Of a stretch of DNA of 64,000 nucleotides, positions 1 through 9,781 are shown piece after piece. Origin of the DNA: Acidobacteriota bacterium. GTDB lineage: Bacteria; Acidobacteriota; Thermoanaerobaculia; Gp7-AA8. A program made the position numbers and the translations under genes. Location of the stretch: NCBI GenBank assembly GCA_019244185.1, contig JAFATB010000006.1:32001-96000 (forward strand). Direction: 5' to 3'. Below the pieces are notes generated by a model. That model saw nothing but the letters and a program-made list of their open reading frames with translations. It was not told the DNA's origin and did not search any database. Position 1 is the stretch's first letter. Every line of letters begins with the position of its first letter.

Positions 1-832
1 GGCCGTGACCGCTGCCGCTCTGATAGTCGCCGACGCGCTTCATCGTCTCGAGATACGGGTTGTCGCTGCGCCAGTGCAGTGCGTTCGGCAGCAGCAGCGC
101 GAGCGCGATGCCGGCGCCGCTGCAGACGACGAGTGCGAAGAGGCGCCGCCACATGCGGCCTTCGCGGCGCAGCGCGGGCGCGAACACGATCGCCGCGAAG
201 AGCACGACCGACACGATGCCGAATGCGAGCAACGCCGCGCGCGAGCGCGTGAGGACGAGCGTCGCCAGCACGAGCGCGCTTCCGATCGCCGGCCAGCGCA
301 CGCGTCGCGCGCGCATCGTCACGAGCAGCAGCGCGGGCCAGCCGAATGCCGCCGCGTGCGCGACGAAGTTGCGGTTGCCGAGCGTGCCGCCCGGCGCGCG
401 GTTCTCGGAGAAGATCGTGAGGTCGAGGCCGTACGTCTGCAGCAGCGACGTGATCGCGATGAGCACCGTCGCCCACGCCACCGCGGTGACGAGGCCGCGG
501 TCGCGTCCCTGCTCGCGCAGCGCACGCGCCGTCCAGAAGACGACGAGCGACGACGCGCTGATCGCGAGCGCGCGTTCCGCCGCCCAGCGGTTCGTCGCGA
601 AAAGCGCGGAGAGCGCGGACAGGCCGAGGTACGCGGCGAGGAAGCGATCGGTGCGCGACCACGACATGCGGCCGAGCGCGCGCCACGCGCCGATGCCCGC
701 GAGCAGCGCCGTCGCGTGCAACACGAGCTCCTTCGGCACGAAGAAGCGATCGAGCTCGAACGCGTTCAGCGTCGCCACCGCAATCACGATCGCGAGCGCG
801 CCGAGTTGCAGCACGCGTCGAGCGAAGCCCAT
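1..832 (-). CDS. O-antigen ligase (Wzy_C/WaaL)-like integral membrane protein, 3'-truncated by the window edge
   Basis: Not in the ORF track because it is open at the edge. Manual translation from ATG 832 gives MGFARRVLQLGALAIVIAVA..., many hydrophobic segments, a GTLGNRNFVAH loop and an LTRSRAA motif typical of this family. TATCAT lies 7 nt upstream of the ATG. Confidence 0.65.
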   Translation of the reverse strand, partial: MGFARRVLQLGALAIVIAVATLNAFELDRFFVPKELVLHATALLAGIGAWRALGRMSWSRTDRFLAAYLGLSALSALFATNRWAAERALAISASSLVVFWTARALREQGRDRGLVTAVAWATVLIAITSLLQTYGLDLTIFSENRAPGGTLGNRNFVAHAAAFGWPALLLVTMRARRVRWPAIGSALVLATLVLTRSRAALLAFGIVSVVLFAAIVFAPALRREGRMWRRLFALVVCSGAGIALALLLPNALHWRSDNPYLETMKRVGDYQSGSGHG

Positions 833-859
833 CGGCGCGATGATACGGTAACGCGACCG

Positions 860-1048
860 ATGACCGCATTCGTCTCCGTCTCCTGCCCGTACTGCGGCGA
901 GCCCGCGGAGCTCGACGTCGACGATGACGGCGCGAGCCGCCAGTCGTACATTCAGGACTGCCCGGTGTGCTGCCAGCCGTGGCAGGTCGAAGTCACGCGC
1001 GACCGCGACGGCGACTGGAGCGCCACGCTCCGAACGGGCGACGAGTAA
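860..1048 (+). CDS. CPXCG-motif small cysteine-rich zinc-ribbon protein (62 aa)
   Basis: C-terminal part of ORF 5..1048, from ATG 860: MTAFVSVSCPYCGE...YIQDCPVCCQP, the two CPxC(G) motifs of this family. Confidence 0.85.
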   Translation: MTAFVSVSCPYCGEPAELDVDDDGASRQSYIQDCPVCCQPWQVEVTRDRDGDWSATLRTGDE

Positions 1049-1067
1049 CGCTATCGATCGCGCTATG

Positions 1068-1589
1068 TCAGCGATCCCGATAGAACAGATCGACCACGAT
1101 CTCCGGCCGGCGATGCCCGAGCTGCTCGCCGGTGTAGCGCGCGTCGTACTGCATCCCGAGCCGCGCGGCGACGCGCTTCGACGCCTCGTTCGGCGGATCG
1201 ATGATCGCCACGACGCGCGGATGCGCGAGCGTCTCCAGCACGTGCTGCATCGCCGCCGCGCCCGCCTCGGTCGCGTAGCCGCGTCCCCAGACTTCGCGCG
1301 AGAAGATCCAGCCGATCTCGTACCTGCCGGTCGTGCCGAGGGGCTGCGTGCCGCTGATGCCGACGAGGCGGTTCGTCGACTTCTCGATCACCGCGCCCAT
1401 GCAGACGTCGAGCTCTGCCATCTGCCGCTCGTGCCGCGCGAAGAACTCATCCGTCTCCGCTTGCGTGTACGGCAACCCGCCGTGCACGTAGCGCATGACT
1501 TCGGGATCTTCGGTGAGCGCCTGAAATTGCGGGCGGTCTTCGGCGGTCCAGGGGCGGATGACGAGGCGTTCGGTCTCCAGTCGGAACAT
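1068..1589 (-). CDS. GNAT N-acetyltransferase, RimJ/RimL type
   Basis: LETERLVIRP start, EIGW, WGRGYATEA acetyl-CoA motif, NEASKRVAARLGM. Confidence 0.9.
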   Translation of the reverse strand: MFRLETERLVIRPWTAEDRPQFQALTEDPEVMRYVHGGLPYTQAETDEFFARHERQMAELDVCMGAVIEKSTNRLVGISGTQPLGTTGRYEIGWIFSREVWGRGYATEAGAAAMQHVLETLAHPRVVAIIDPPNEASKRVAARLGMQYDARYTGEQLGHRRPEIVVDLFYRDR

Positions 1590-1618
1590 GGGGCGAGAGA
1601 ATACCGTTCTATGAGCGC

Positions 1619-2347
1619 TTGAGCGACAACACGCAAATCGAATGGACGGACGCGACGTGGAATCCGCTGCGCGGCTGTACGAAGATCAGCCCTGGCTGCA
1701 CGCATTGCTATGCCGAGACGTTCGCCGAGCGCTTCCGTGGCGTGCCCAACCATCCGTACGAACAGGGCTTCGATTTGCGCCTCGTGCCGGAGAAGCTCTC
1801 CGCGCCGCTCGAGTGGCGCCGTCCGCGCCGCATCTTCGTCAACTCGATGAGCGACCTCTTCCACGAGGACGCGCCGGCGGAGTACATCGCCCGCGTCTGC
1901 GACACGATGCGCGCCGCCGACTGGCACACGTACCAGGTGCTGACCAAGCGCGCCGATCGCCTGCACGCGATGCTCAATGGTCCACTGGTTGACCATGCCC
2001 GGCTGCCGCACATCTGGTGGGGCGTGAGCGTCGAGAACCGCAAGTACGGACTGCCGCGCATCGACCTGCTGCGCGACACGCCCGCCGCGGTACGCTTCCT
2101 TTCCGTCGAGCCGCTCCTCGAAGACCTCGGCACCGTCGATCTCACCGGCATCCACTGGGTCATCGCCGGCGGCGAATCGGGACATCGCGCGCGGCCGCTC
2201 GATCCGGAGTGGGTGCGCTCGCTGCGCGATCAATGCGCCGCGGCGGGCGTCGCGTTCTTCTTCAAGCAATGGGGCGGACGGCAGAAGAAGAAAAACGGCC
2301 GCGTGCTCGACGGCCGGACGTGGGACGAGATTCCTTCGTTCAACTAG
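1619..2347 (+). CDS. DUF5131 / phage Gp37-Gp68 family three-Cys (radical SAM-like) protein
   Basis: IEWTDATWNP, GCTKISPGCTHCYAE, IFVNSMSDLFH, YQVLTKR, FLSVEPLL, WVIAGGESG, FFFKQWGG are all family signatures. TTG start. Confidence 0.9.
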   Translation: MSDNTQIEWTDATWNPLRGCTKISPGCTHCYAETFAERFRGVPNHPYEQGFDLRLVPEKLSAPLEWRRPRRIFVNSMSDLFHEDAPAEYIARVCDTMRAADWHTYQVLTKRADRLHAMLNGPLVDHARLPHIWWGVSVENRKYGLPRIDLLRDTPAAVRFLSVEPLLEDLGTVDLTGIHWVIAGGESGHRARPLDPEWVRSLRDQCAAAGVAFFFKQWGGRQKKKNGRVLDGRTWDEIPSFN

Positions 2348-2784
2348 AGGTGCCGGATGGTGATCCCGCCCCATTTCGCGGCGAGATACTCCGCCGCGAT
2401 GCGGCGATGGCAATGTTCCGGCGTGGCCTCGCTGCAGAGCAGTACCGAGCGCACGTCGAAGAGCGAGCGCGGAAGCTCCTTCTCCACTTTCCGCTCGCGC
2501 AACAGCGCCGCATACGCCTGCTCGTAATCCGCCCACGTGAGCTTTCCCGCGCGATACGCCTCGAAGTCTTCCTGACGCGGCGTGAGCAGCAGCTCGTGCA
2601 CGTACTCCGCGTCCACGATCTCGCGCAGGAAGAACTCGAGGTCGTGCTTCTTCGTGAAGCCCGCCAGCTGCGAGACGTTGTTGAGGCGGACGTCGATCAG
2701 GCGTTGGACCTTCGCGCGTCGCAGCGCGCCGAAGAAATCGGCGGCGCTCTTCTTCGTGAAGCCGATCGTGCAGAGCTCGATCAC
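2344..2784 (-). CDS. DUF488 domain protein
   Basis: TIGFTKKSA, LIDVRLNN.SQLAGF, LLCSEATPEHCHRR. Convergent 4-bp overlap with the DUF5131 gene. Confidence 0.85.
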   Translation of the reverse strand: MIELCTIGFTKKSAADFFGALRRAKVQRLIDVRLNNVSQLAGFTKKHDLEFFLREIVDAEYVHELLLTPRQEDFEAYRAGKLTWADYEQAYAALLRERKVEKELPRSLFDVRSVLLCSEATPEHCHRRIAAEYLAAKWGGITIRHL

Positions 2785-2801
2785 GCCCGTAGAATAGCCG
2801 C

Positions 2802-3368
2802 ATGGGGCAGAAATCGAAGGAAGTCGACGCGTACATCGCGAATGCCGCGCCGTTCGCGCGACCGATCCTCGAGCGCATCCGCCGCGCGTTTCACGAAGCC
2901 GATCCCGACCTCGTCGAAACGATCAAGTGGCGCAATCCAACCTTCGAGCACGACGGCATCCTCGGCGCGATGTCGGCGCACAAGCAGCACGTGAACTGGG
3001 GCTTCTGGCTCGAGCTCGCGAACGAGGGGCTCACGCGCGTGCACGACGTCTCCGAGCTGCCGTCGGAAGAAGAGATCGTCGCGCGCGTGAAGAACGCGAT
3101 GAAGCTGCGCGCGTCGGGCGCGAAGCTGCAGCGCGCGCCGCGCAAGGAAGCCGCGCCGGTCGACGTCCCCGACGATCTCGCCGCCGCGCTGAAGAAACAC
3201 GCCAAGGCGCGCGCGACGTTCGAACAGTTTCCGCCGAGTCACCGCCGCGAGTACATCCAGTGGATCACCGAGGCGAAGCAGGCCGCGACGCGGGAAAAAA
3301 GGATCGCCACCACGCTGGAATGGCTCGCGGAAGGAAAGCCGCGGAACTGGAAGTACATGAAGAAATAG
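2802..3368 (+). CDS. YdeI/OmpD-associated family protein (DUF1801 + OmdA)
   Basis: VDAYIANAAPFARPIL...ETIKW N-terminus; VPDDLAAAL...PPSHRREYIQWITEAKQAATREKRI C-terminus. Confidence 0.85.
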   Translation: MGQKSKEVDAYIANAAPFARPILERIRRAFHEADPDLVETIKWRNPTFEHDGILGAMSAHKQHVNWGFWLELANEGLTRVHDVSELPSEEEIVARVKNAMKLRASGAKLQRAPRKEAAPVDVPDDLAAALKKHAKARATFEQFPPSHRREYIQWITEAKQAATREKRIATTLEWLAEGKPRNWKYMKK

Positions 3369-3376
3369 CGCGGCAA

Positions 3377-4144
3377 TTACGGCTCGTCGAGAAACGAGAG
3401 GATGATCGGATTCACCCACTCCGGCCGCTCGCCGAACGTGTTGTGTCCGGTCTTCGGCAGGATGCAGAGGCGCGCGTCCGGCAGCGCGCGGTAGAGCGCG
3501 ATCGTGTGATCCATCAGGATCTCGTCGTGATCGCCGGCCAGGACGAGCACGGAGCGATGGAGGCCGTGCAGCAGTTCGGGACTCAGCTCCGCCGGCGTCG
3601 GCGACGTCAGCCAGAGATGATTGAGTTTCGCGTCGAGCGAGAGCTGCGCGGCGCCGGTCGTGCGCGCCTCCTTCTCGCGCATCTCCGCGAGATCGGGCAG
3701 GCCTTCGGGTGAGAAGTTCGCGCCGCTGACGATGAGGCGGCGCACGAGATCGGGACGGCGGATGCCGAGGATCAGCGCCACGATGCCGCCGTCGCTCCAG
3801 CCGACCACGTCGACGTTCTTCAGATGCAGTTCGTCGAGCAGCGCCGCGGTGTCGCTCGCCATCGCCGCGTACGACAGCGGACCTGTCGTCGCCGGAGTGT
3901 GACCGTGCCCCACCTGCTCGGGCGCGACGATCGCGTGCGACAGCGCGAAGCGCGACAGCTGATGTGAGAACGAGCCGTCGACGGTGTTGCCGCCGCCGTG
4001 GAGCAGCAGCAGCGGACGTCCGGCGCCGCGCGTCTCGTAGTAGAGCGGATGTCCGTTGACGGTCGTCGTGTGCGAGCGCGCGAAGCAGCCGGTGGCGGCG
4101 AACGCGAGCAGGAAAAAGAAAAAGCGGCGCGTCATGCCGTGCAT
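3377..4144 (-). CDS. alpha/beta fold hydrolase, probably exported
   Basis: Signal-like N-terminus, LLLLHGG, GHGHT, GWSDGG nucleophile elbow, GDHD, TGH. Confidence 0.85.
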   Translation of the reverse strand: MHGMTRRFFFFLLAFAATGCFARSHTTTVNGHPLYYETRGAGRPLLLLHGGGNTVDGSFSHQLSRFALSHAIVAPEQVGHGHTPATTGPLSYAAMASDTAALLDELHLKNVDVVGWSDGGIVALILGIRRPDLVRRLIVSGANFSPEGLPDLAEMREKEARTTGAAQLSLDAKLNHLWLTSPTPAELSPELLHGLHRSVLVLAGDHDEILMDHTIALYRALPDARLCILPKTGHNTFGERPEWVNPIILSFLDEP

Positions 4145-4175
4145 GATGCGCCGCCGGTTGCTGACTCGCGAAGAA

Positions 4176-5198
4176 CTACCGCGAGTTCACGTCGCGGACG
4201 AGCAGGATGCGCTGCGCGAGCGGCAGCGACGAATTCGCGTTCGTCACTTCCACCTCGATCACGTCGCCGCGTTCGAGTCCGCTCAGCGGATACGCGCGGC
4301 CGCTCATCTCGATCTGCGCGTTCGACGGGAACTGGACGGTGATGCTGTTCACGCCCGTGCCCGCGTTCGTGTTGAAGCCGGAGATCCAGTTCGCGGAGTC
4401 GAGCTGGATCGTGCGGCGGCTGAGATCGACCGAGCGCACGGTGCCGCGGATCGTCGAGACGTTGTTGTACGTGCCGTTGTTGCTGGATCCGTTGTTGTAC
4501 GTCCCGTTGTTGTTGCTGCTGATGCTGCGCAGCACGTTGATGTCCTGCGCCGAGTAGCGGCCGTTGCCGAGGTCCGTCGTACGGATGTCGACTTCATCGC
4601 CGCGCTCGAGATCGCTCACGCGGTAGGACTGGTTGTTCCAGTACACCGGCGTGTTCGTGCTGAAGTCGACAAGCACGGTCGAGCCGTAGCCGCGATCCAC
4701 TTCGATGGTCCGGCGGCTCGTGTCGATCGAGCGCACGGTGCCGCGGATGCTCGTGGTGTAGCTGCCGTTCGGATAGTTGCCCGTCGGGTAGCTCGAGCCG
4801 TTGTTGTTCGTCGCGTCGTAGAGCACCGACACCGACTGCGCCACGAGCGTGTTGCCCGACTCGTCGACGCGGACCGAGATCTGATCGCCGCGCTCGAGGT
4901 CCTGCGGACGATACGACTGTCCCTGATAGTCGACCGGCGTATTGGCGTCGTAGTAGACGCGCACGGCGCTGCCGCCGCCGTTCGAGAGCATCGAGGTGTT
5001 GTAGCCGCTGACGTTCGTGAGATAGATCGAGCGGTTGCTGAGATCGACCGAGTCGACCGTGCCGCGGATCTCGTAGTTGCCGTTCGCGCCGTTGCCGCCG
5101 TTGCCGCCGCCGAGGATGTCGCCGATGCCCGACGAGCCGCAGGCGGCGAGCAGGAGGAGCGCTAAACTCGCTGCTGCCAATGATTTGTAGTGTTTCAT
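4176..5198 (-). CDS. Lipoprotein with three DUF5666-like OB-fold repeats
   Basis: Start at ATG 5198 (MKHYKSLAAASLALLLLAAC, lipobox LAAC). Three IRGTVxSxD...LERGDxxxV repeats separated by Asn/Gly-rich linkers. Confidence 0.75.
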   Translation of the reverse strand: MKHYKSLAAASLALLLLAACGSSGIGDILGGGNGGNGANGNYEIRGTVDSVDLSNRSIYLTNVSGYNTSMLSNGGGSAVRVYYDANTPVDYQGQSYRPQDLERGDQISVRVDESGNTLVAQSVSVLYDATNNNGSSYPTGNYPNGSYTTSIRGTVRSIDTSRRTIEVDRGYGSTVLVDFSTNTPVYWNNQSYRVSDLERGDEVDIRTTDLGNGRYSAQDINVLRSISSNNNGTYNNGSSNNGTYNNVSTIRGTVRSVDLSRRTIQLDSANWISGFNTNAGTGVNSITVQFPSNAQIEMSGRAYPLSGLERGDVIEVEVTNANSSLPLAQRILLVRDVNSR

Positions 5199-5292
5199 CG
5201 TACGTAGTCTCCCGCTCCTCGGAAGAGCAGAAAGCGTGCCCTGATTCGCCGGCTTGGGTTGCCAACCGGCCGGTCGGTTTACACTAGCGCGC

Positions 5293-6564
5293 ATGCCGAG
5301 CACCGCCGATCGCGCTCCCGCGTACTCCTGGTACGCGCTCGCCGTCCTCACCACCGTCTACGTCCTCAACTTCCTCGACCGCACGCTCATCTACATCCTC
5401 TTCACGCCGATCAAGGCGGAGATGCATTTCTCCGACGTGCAGCTGGCGCTGCTCGGCGCGACGTCCTTCGCGATTTTCTACACGCTCCTCGGCATTCCGT
5501 TCGGCCGCCTCGCCGACCGCGTTGTGCGCAAGAACCTCATCGCCGTGGGCCTGGCGACGTGGAGCCTTTTTTCCGGACTGACAGGGTTCGCGAACAGCTT
5601 CTGGACATTGTTCCTTTGTCGCGTCATGGTCGGCGTCGGTGAAGCGACGCTCGGTCCCGCGGCGCTCTCGCTCCTCAGCGACTACTTTCCGCCGCGGATG
5701 CGTGCGACCGTGCAGTCGGTGTACTCGTCTGCGATCGCGGTGGGCGGCGGCATCGCGTACTTTTTCGGCGGCGTGATCGCGCAGCGCTTCGGCTGGCGCT
5801 GGGCGTTCTATCTCCTCGGCTTCCCCGGACTCGCGTTGGCGCTGCTGGTCTTCTTCCTGCGCGAGGAGCCGCGCGGCCGCACCGAAACCGTCGCCGCGCG
5901 CTACACCGCAAGCGACTGGCGCGTGCTCTTCCGCTCGCCCGCGCTCTGGTGTCTCTACCTCGGCTACGGATTCTTCTCGCTCGCCTCGAACAACCTCGGC
6001 ATCTGGGTGCCGACGTTCTTCGTGCGCGTGCACCACATGAGCGTCGCGTTCATCGGTCAGGCCGCGGGCATCCTCGCGCTGGTCGTCGGCGTGCCGGTGA
6101 CGATCCTCGGCGGCTATTACTCCGATCGCTTCAGCAGGATGGCCGGCGGCGGACGCATGGCTTTCACCGCGGCGGCGGCGCTCGCGTCGATCCCGCTGTG
6201 GCTCGGGCTCCTGTGGAGCAACAACATGATCCTGCTCGTGCTGCTGAACATGCTGCTGTACGGGCTCGCGCTGATGTGGGTCGCGCCCGCGGCCGCGGAC
6301 ATCCACGACATCGCCGGACCGCACCTGCGCGGCCTCGGCATCGGCATCTTCTTCTCCGCCGCGAACGTGATGGCGTATCTCGTCGGCGCGCCGCTCATCG
6401 GAAAGCTCAACGACACGCTCGGCGTCGCGACGGATCCGGGGCGGATGCGTCTCGCGCTCCTCGTCTGTCCCGTCGCGGCGTTGTGCAGCGCGCTCTTGCT
6501 CTTCCTCGGCAGCCGTGCGCGTTCGGCGAAAGCGCCCGTGCACGACGCACGCGTCGTGGCATAA
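5293..6564 (+). CDS. MFS transporter (spinster-like)
   Basis: About 12 TM segments, NFLDR, GRLADR motif A, GVGEA, SDYFPP. Start set at ATG 5293, 7 nt after TACACT. Confidence 0.9.
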   Translation: MPSTADRAPAYSWYALAVLTTVYVLNFLDRTLIYILFTPIKAEMHFSDVQLALLGATSFAIFYTLLGIPFGRLADRVVRKNLIAVGLATWSLFSGLTGFANSFWTLFLCRVMVGVGEATLGPAALSLLSDYFPPRMRATVQSVYSSAIAVGGGIAYFFGGVIAQRFGWRWAFYLLGFPGLALALLVFFLREEPRGRTETVAARYTASDWRVLFRSPALWCLYLGYGFFSLASNNLGIWVPTFFVRVHHMSVAFIGQAAGILALVVGVPVTILGGYYSDRFSRMAGGGRMAFTAAAALASIPLWLGLLWSNNMILLVLLNMLLYGLALMWVAPAAADIHDIAGPHLRGLGIGIFFSAANVMAYLVGAPLIGKLNDTLGVATDPGRMRLALLVCPVAALCSALLLFLGSRARSAKAPVHDARVVA

Positions 6565-6573
6565 GCTACGGCC

Positions 6574-7062
6574 ATGAACAACCGCGAATACTTTCTCAAG
6601 CGCTGGGACGGCGAGCAGCGCGCATTCTCCGAAGTGCTGCGCGCCGTGCCGAACGATCAGCTGTCGTACACGCCGCACGAGCGGTCGACGAAGGCGGGCG
6701 ACCTCGCCTGGCAGATCGCACTCGAGCAGCGTCTGCTCATCGATCTGCTCGACAAGCAGAAGATGGTGTGGGAGTCGCTGCCGCGGCCGGAATCGATCGA
6801 CGGCATCGTCGCCGCGTACGACGAGGCCACGAACACGCTGCGCGACAAGCTGAAACACTTCGACGATTCGAAGTGGGAACTGCCGGCGAAGTTCATGTTC
6901 GGCGAGCACGTCGCCGGCGAGTCGACCGTGCAGGACTTCGCGTGGGGCTTCCTCTTCGACCTCGTGCATCACCGCGGACAGCTCACGGCGTACTTGCGTC
7001 CGATGGGCGCGAAGGTGCCGTCGATCTACGGTCCGTCCGGGGACTCGGGCGCCGGCAGTTAG
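6574..7062 (+). CDS. DinB/YfiT family protein
   Basis: C-terminal HHRGQLTAYLRPMGAKVPSIYGPS motif. Confidence 0.85.
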   Translation: MNNREYFLKRWDGEQRAFSEVLRAVPNDQLSYTPHERSTKAGDLAWQIALEQRLLIDLLDKQKMVWESLPRPESIDGIVAAYDEATNTLRDKLKHFDDSKWELPAKFMFGEHVAGESTVQDFAWGFLFDLVHHRGQLTAYLRPMGAKVPSIYGPSGDSGAGS

Positions 7063-7084
7063 CCGGCGCCCACGTTTCACGGCC

Positions 7085-7873
7085 TCACTTCATCGCCATC
7101 GACGGATACGAGAGATCCGGGCGATACCAGCCGGAGTGCGTCTCGTATTTGCGCGTGATGGCGAGCGCGCGCATCTGGATGGCGTTGAACGCGTCGCCGA
7201 GAGCGGCGCGGTTGCGCTCGTCCGCGGCCGCGTAATCCGCTTCGCTCTTGCCGCTGACGGCGACGGCGAGGAGCGGCAGATCGTTGCCGGTCTCGCCCAT
7301 GAAGACGTCGAAGCCGTCGGTCATGTTCTTCGCCTTGAACAGCGCCGCGCAGTCGCGCGCGACGGCCGCCGCTTCCTCTTCCTTGCCGGGCATGAGGTAG
7401 TACATCAGCCAGCGGACGTAGCGCTGCTCGTCCGGCTTCACGCGCGGCGTCGCGGGCGTGTACGAAAGATCGGGACGGCGGCGCACCACGAGCTCGCTGT
7501 ACTGCTCGATGGGCGCGGTGCCGCGCGACATGAGCGACTGCCAGCGCTCCTTGCCGACCGAGTCGGCGATCGACTTCCACGCGCCGTCCATCGAGTCGAG
7601 TTTGCTGTACGCGTTCAGCGGCAGGATGTAGAGGTAGTGCAGGTCTTCGGTCGTGTAGACGTGCATGCCGAAGACGTTGGGATCGGCCTTCTTCTCGGTC
7701 AGCGCGGCGAGGATGTCGTGCGTGGCCGCCTCGTACTGCGGAATCATCCCCAGCCGCGGCACCTCCGCGTGAATGAGATAGAGCTGCGGCATCGCCGGTG
7801 GGGTTTGCGTTTGTGCGGTCGCCACGAGCGGACACACCAGGAGCAGCAGTGCTGCGAGCACCAGTCGTTTCAT
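7085..7873 (-). CDS. Secreted hypothetical protein, probably two NIPSNAP-like ferredoxin-fold domains
   Basis: SD AGGAGG, Sec signal ending VATA-Q, two internal repeats each ending RPDLSY. Confidence 0.6.
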   Translation of the reverse strand: MKRLVLAALLLLVCPLVATAQTQTPPAMPQLYLIHAEVPRLGMIPQYEAATHDILAALTEKKADPNVFGMHVYTTEDLHYLYILPLNAYSKLDSMDGAWKSIADSVGKERWQSLMSRGTAPIEQYSELVVRRRPDLSYTPATPRVKPDEQRYVRWLMYYLMPGKEEEAAAVARDCAALFKAKNMTDGFDVFMGETGNDLPLLAVAVSGKSEADYAAADERNRAALGDAFNAIQMRALAITRKYETHSGWYRPDLSYPSMAMK

Positions 7874-7927
7874 TGAGGTTTCCTCCTTCTGATGCCTCGA
7901 TGTACGGGCGCCGATCGCAATCGGATG

Positions 7928-9727
7928 TCAGACGAGTTTCGCTTCGAGCTCCGCCCACCGCGCGTACAGCCGCTCGACCTCCGCGTGCGCCGCCTGCAGC
8001 TCCGCGTAGCGCGTCTGCAGCGCGCCGGCGTCGGCGGCGATCGACGGATCTTCCGCGCGCCGCTGCGCTTCTTCGACGCGCGCTTCGGCGGCGAGCACCG
8101 TTTCCTCCATCGCATCGAACTCGCGCTGTTCGAGGTACGAGAGGCGCTTCGTCTTCGGCGCGGACGGCTTCGGCGCCGCCGTTGACGGTGTTAACGATGC
8201 GGCGGGAGTGTCGCGCTGCGCGGCCTCCCACTGCGGGAAATCGGCGAAGAACTCCGCGTTGCCGCGGCCGTCGAGCGCGAGAAGGCGCGTCGACACGCGG
8301 TCGAGCAAGTAACGGTCGTGCGTCACGAGGACGAGCGCGCCGGGAAAATCGAGCAGCGATTCCTCGAGCACGTCGAGCGTCGGGATGTCGAGATCGTTCG
8401 TCGGCTCGTCCATCACGAGGAGGTCCGCCGGCTGCAGCATCAGTCGCGCGAGCACGATGCGTGCTTTCTCGCCGCCGGAGAGCCGCGACACCGCGGTCTC
8501 GAGCTGCTCGCTGCGAAAGAGAAACCGCTTCGCCCAGCCGGCGACGTGAATGGGTCGGTCGCGATAGATGACCGAGTCGCCTTCCGGTGCGAGCGCGCGT
8601 TTCAGCGTGACATTCGGATCGAGGCTCTCGCGGTTCTGTTCAAAGTACACGACGCGCAGGCCGTCGGCGCGCTCGATGCTGCCCGCGTCGGGCGCGAGCG
8701 TGCCGACGATCATCCGCAGCAGCGTCGTCTTGCCGGAACCGTTCGGGCCGAGGATGCCGAGGCGCGCGCCGGGCGTGAGGAGCAGATCGAGGTTGCGCAC
8801 GATCGGCTGGTCGCCCATCGTCTTCGTGAGCCCGCGCGCGGACCAGAGGCGTTTCGTCTTGCGCTGCGAGGCGGTGAAGTCGATCTCGGTGTTGAACGAC
8901 TGCGCACGGTCGCGCCCTTCGGCCAGCTCGTCGATCAGCTTCTCCGCGTTCTGGATGCGCGCTTTCGCTTTCGTCGTGCGCGCTTTCGCACCGCGGCGCA
9001 GCCACTCCATCTCGCGCCGCACGAGGTTCGCGAGCGTCTCCTGATACGCGGCCTCGTTGCGCAGCACCTCGTCGCGCTTCTCGAGGAGATCGCTGTAGGT
9101 GCCGTCAACCGCGAGCAGGCCGCCGGCGTACGCGCGATTCAGCTCGAGCATCCGCTTGGTCACGTTCTCGAGAAAGTAGCGGTCGTGGCTGACGACGACG
9201 AACGCCTTCGGATCGCTGCCGAGGAGCGATTCGAGCCAGAGGATGGCATCAACGTCGAGATGGTTCGTCGGCTCATCGAGGAGGAGCACGTCCGGCTCGC
9301 GCACGAGCTCGCGCGCGATGGCGAGGCGTTTGCGCCAGCCGCCGGAGAGCGTCTCCGTGCGGATCGCGCGATCGGTGAAACCGGCGCGGCCGAGCGCGAG
9401 CGCGACGCGCGCGAATTTCTCGTGCTCGTCGAGACTCGTGTCCGATGACAGCGCGTCGAGCAGCACGTCTTCCGCGGAACGTCCCGGCGCGAACACCGGA
9501 TCCTGCGGCACGTAGCCGACGCGCACGCCCTTGCGCAGCGCGCGCGTGCCGGAGTCGGCGTCTTCCGCGCCCGCGAGGATCTTCAGCAGCGTCGACTTCC
9601 CCGAGCCGTTCGGGCCGACGAGTCCGACGTGATCGCCTTCGAAGAGCGTGAAGGAGAGATTCTCGAAGAGCGGCCGCGCGCCGTAGGCTTTCGTGAGACC
9701 GTCGGCGGAAAGAAGAACGGGCGGCAT
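7928..9727 (-). CDS. uup: ABC-F family ATPase, Uup-like
   Basis: Start at ATG 9727 (MPPVLLSADGLTKAYG). Two ABC domains (GPNGSGKST / LSGGW / DEPTNHLD and GPNGSGKTT / LSGGE / DEPTNDLD), arm region WLRRGAKARTTK, C-terminal KRLSYLEQRE...LYARWAELE coiled coil. Confidence 0.9.
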   Translation of the reverse strand: MPPVLLSADGLTKAYGARPLFENLSFTLFEGDHVGLVGPNGSGKSTLLKILAGAEDADSGTRALRKGVRVGYVPQDPVFAPGRSAEDVLLDALSSDTSLDEHEKFARVALALGRAGFTDRAIRTETLSGGWRKRLAIARELVREPDVLLLDEPTNHLDVDAILWLESLLGSDPKAFVVVSHDRYFLENVTKRMLELNRAYAGGLLAVDGTYSDLLEKRDEVLRNEAAYQETLANLVRREMEWLRRGAKARTTKAKARIQNAEKLIDELAEGRDRAQSFNTEIDFTASQRKTKRLWSARGLTKTMGDQPIVRNLDLLLTPGARLGILGPNGSGKTTLLRMIVGTLAPDAGSIERADGLRVVYFEQNRESLDPNVTLKRALAPEGDSVIYRDRPIHVAGWAKRFLFRSEQLETAVSRLSGGEKARIVLARLMLQPADLLVMDEPTNDLDIPTLDVLEESLLDFPGALVLVTHDRYLLDRVSTRLLALDGRGNAEFFADFPQWEAAQRDTPAASLTPSTAAPKPSAPKTKRLSYLEQREFDAMEETVLAAEARVEEAQRRAEDPSIAADAGALQTRYAELQAAHAEVERLYARWAELEAKLV

Positions 9728-9781
9728 GGAAGGCGGAAGATACCAGCGAACGAAACCGGCGCAGCCCGTGTTTAGGCGTGC

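Noticed and set aside
1619-2347. Prophage suggested by the 'phage Gp37/Gp68' family name
   Set aside because: No integrase, structural or replication genes, and no att-like repeats nearby.
9745-9781. Possible autoregulatory ECF promoter (GAAC/GAAAC ... CGTG)
   Set aside because: The spacing does not match the usual AAC-N16/17-CGT pattern, and I found no convincing second copy in the window.
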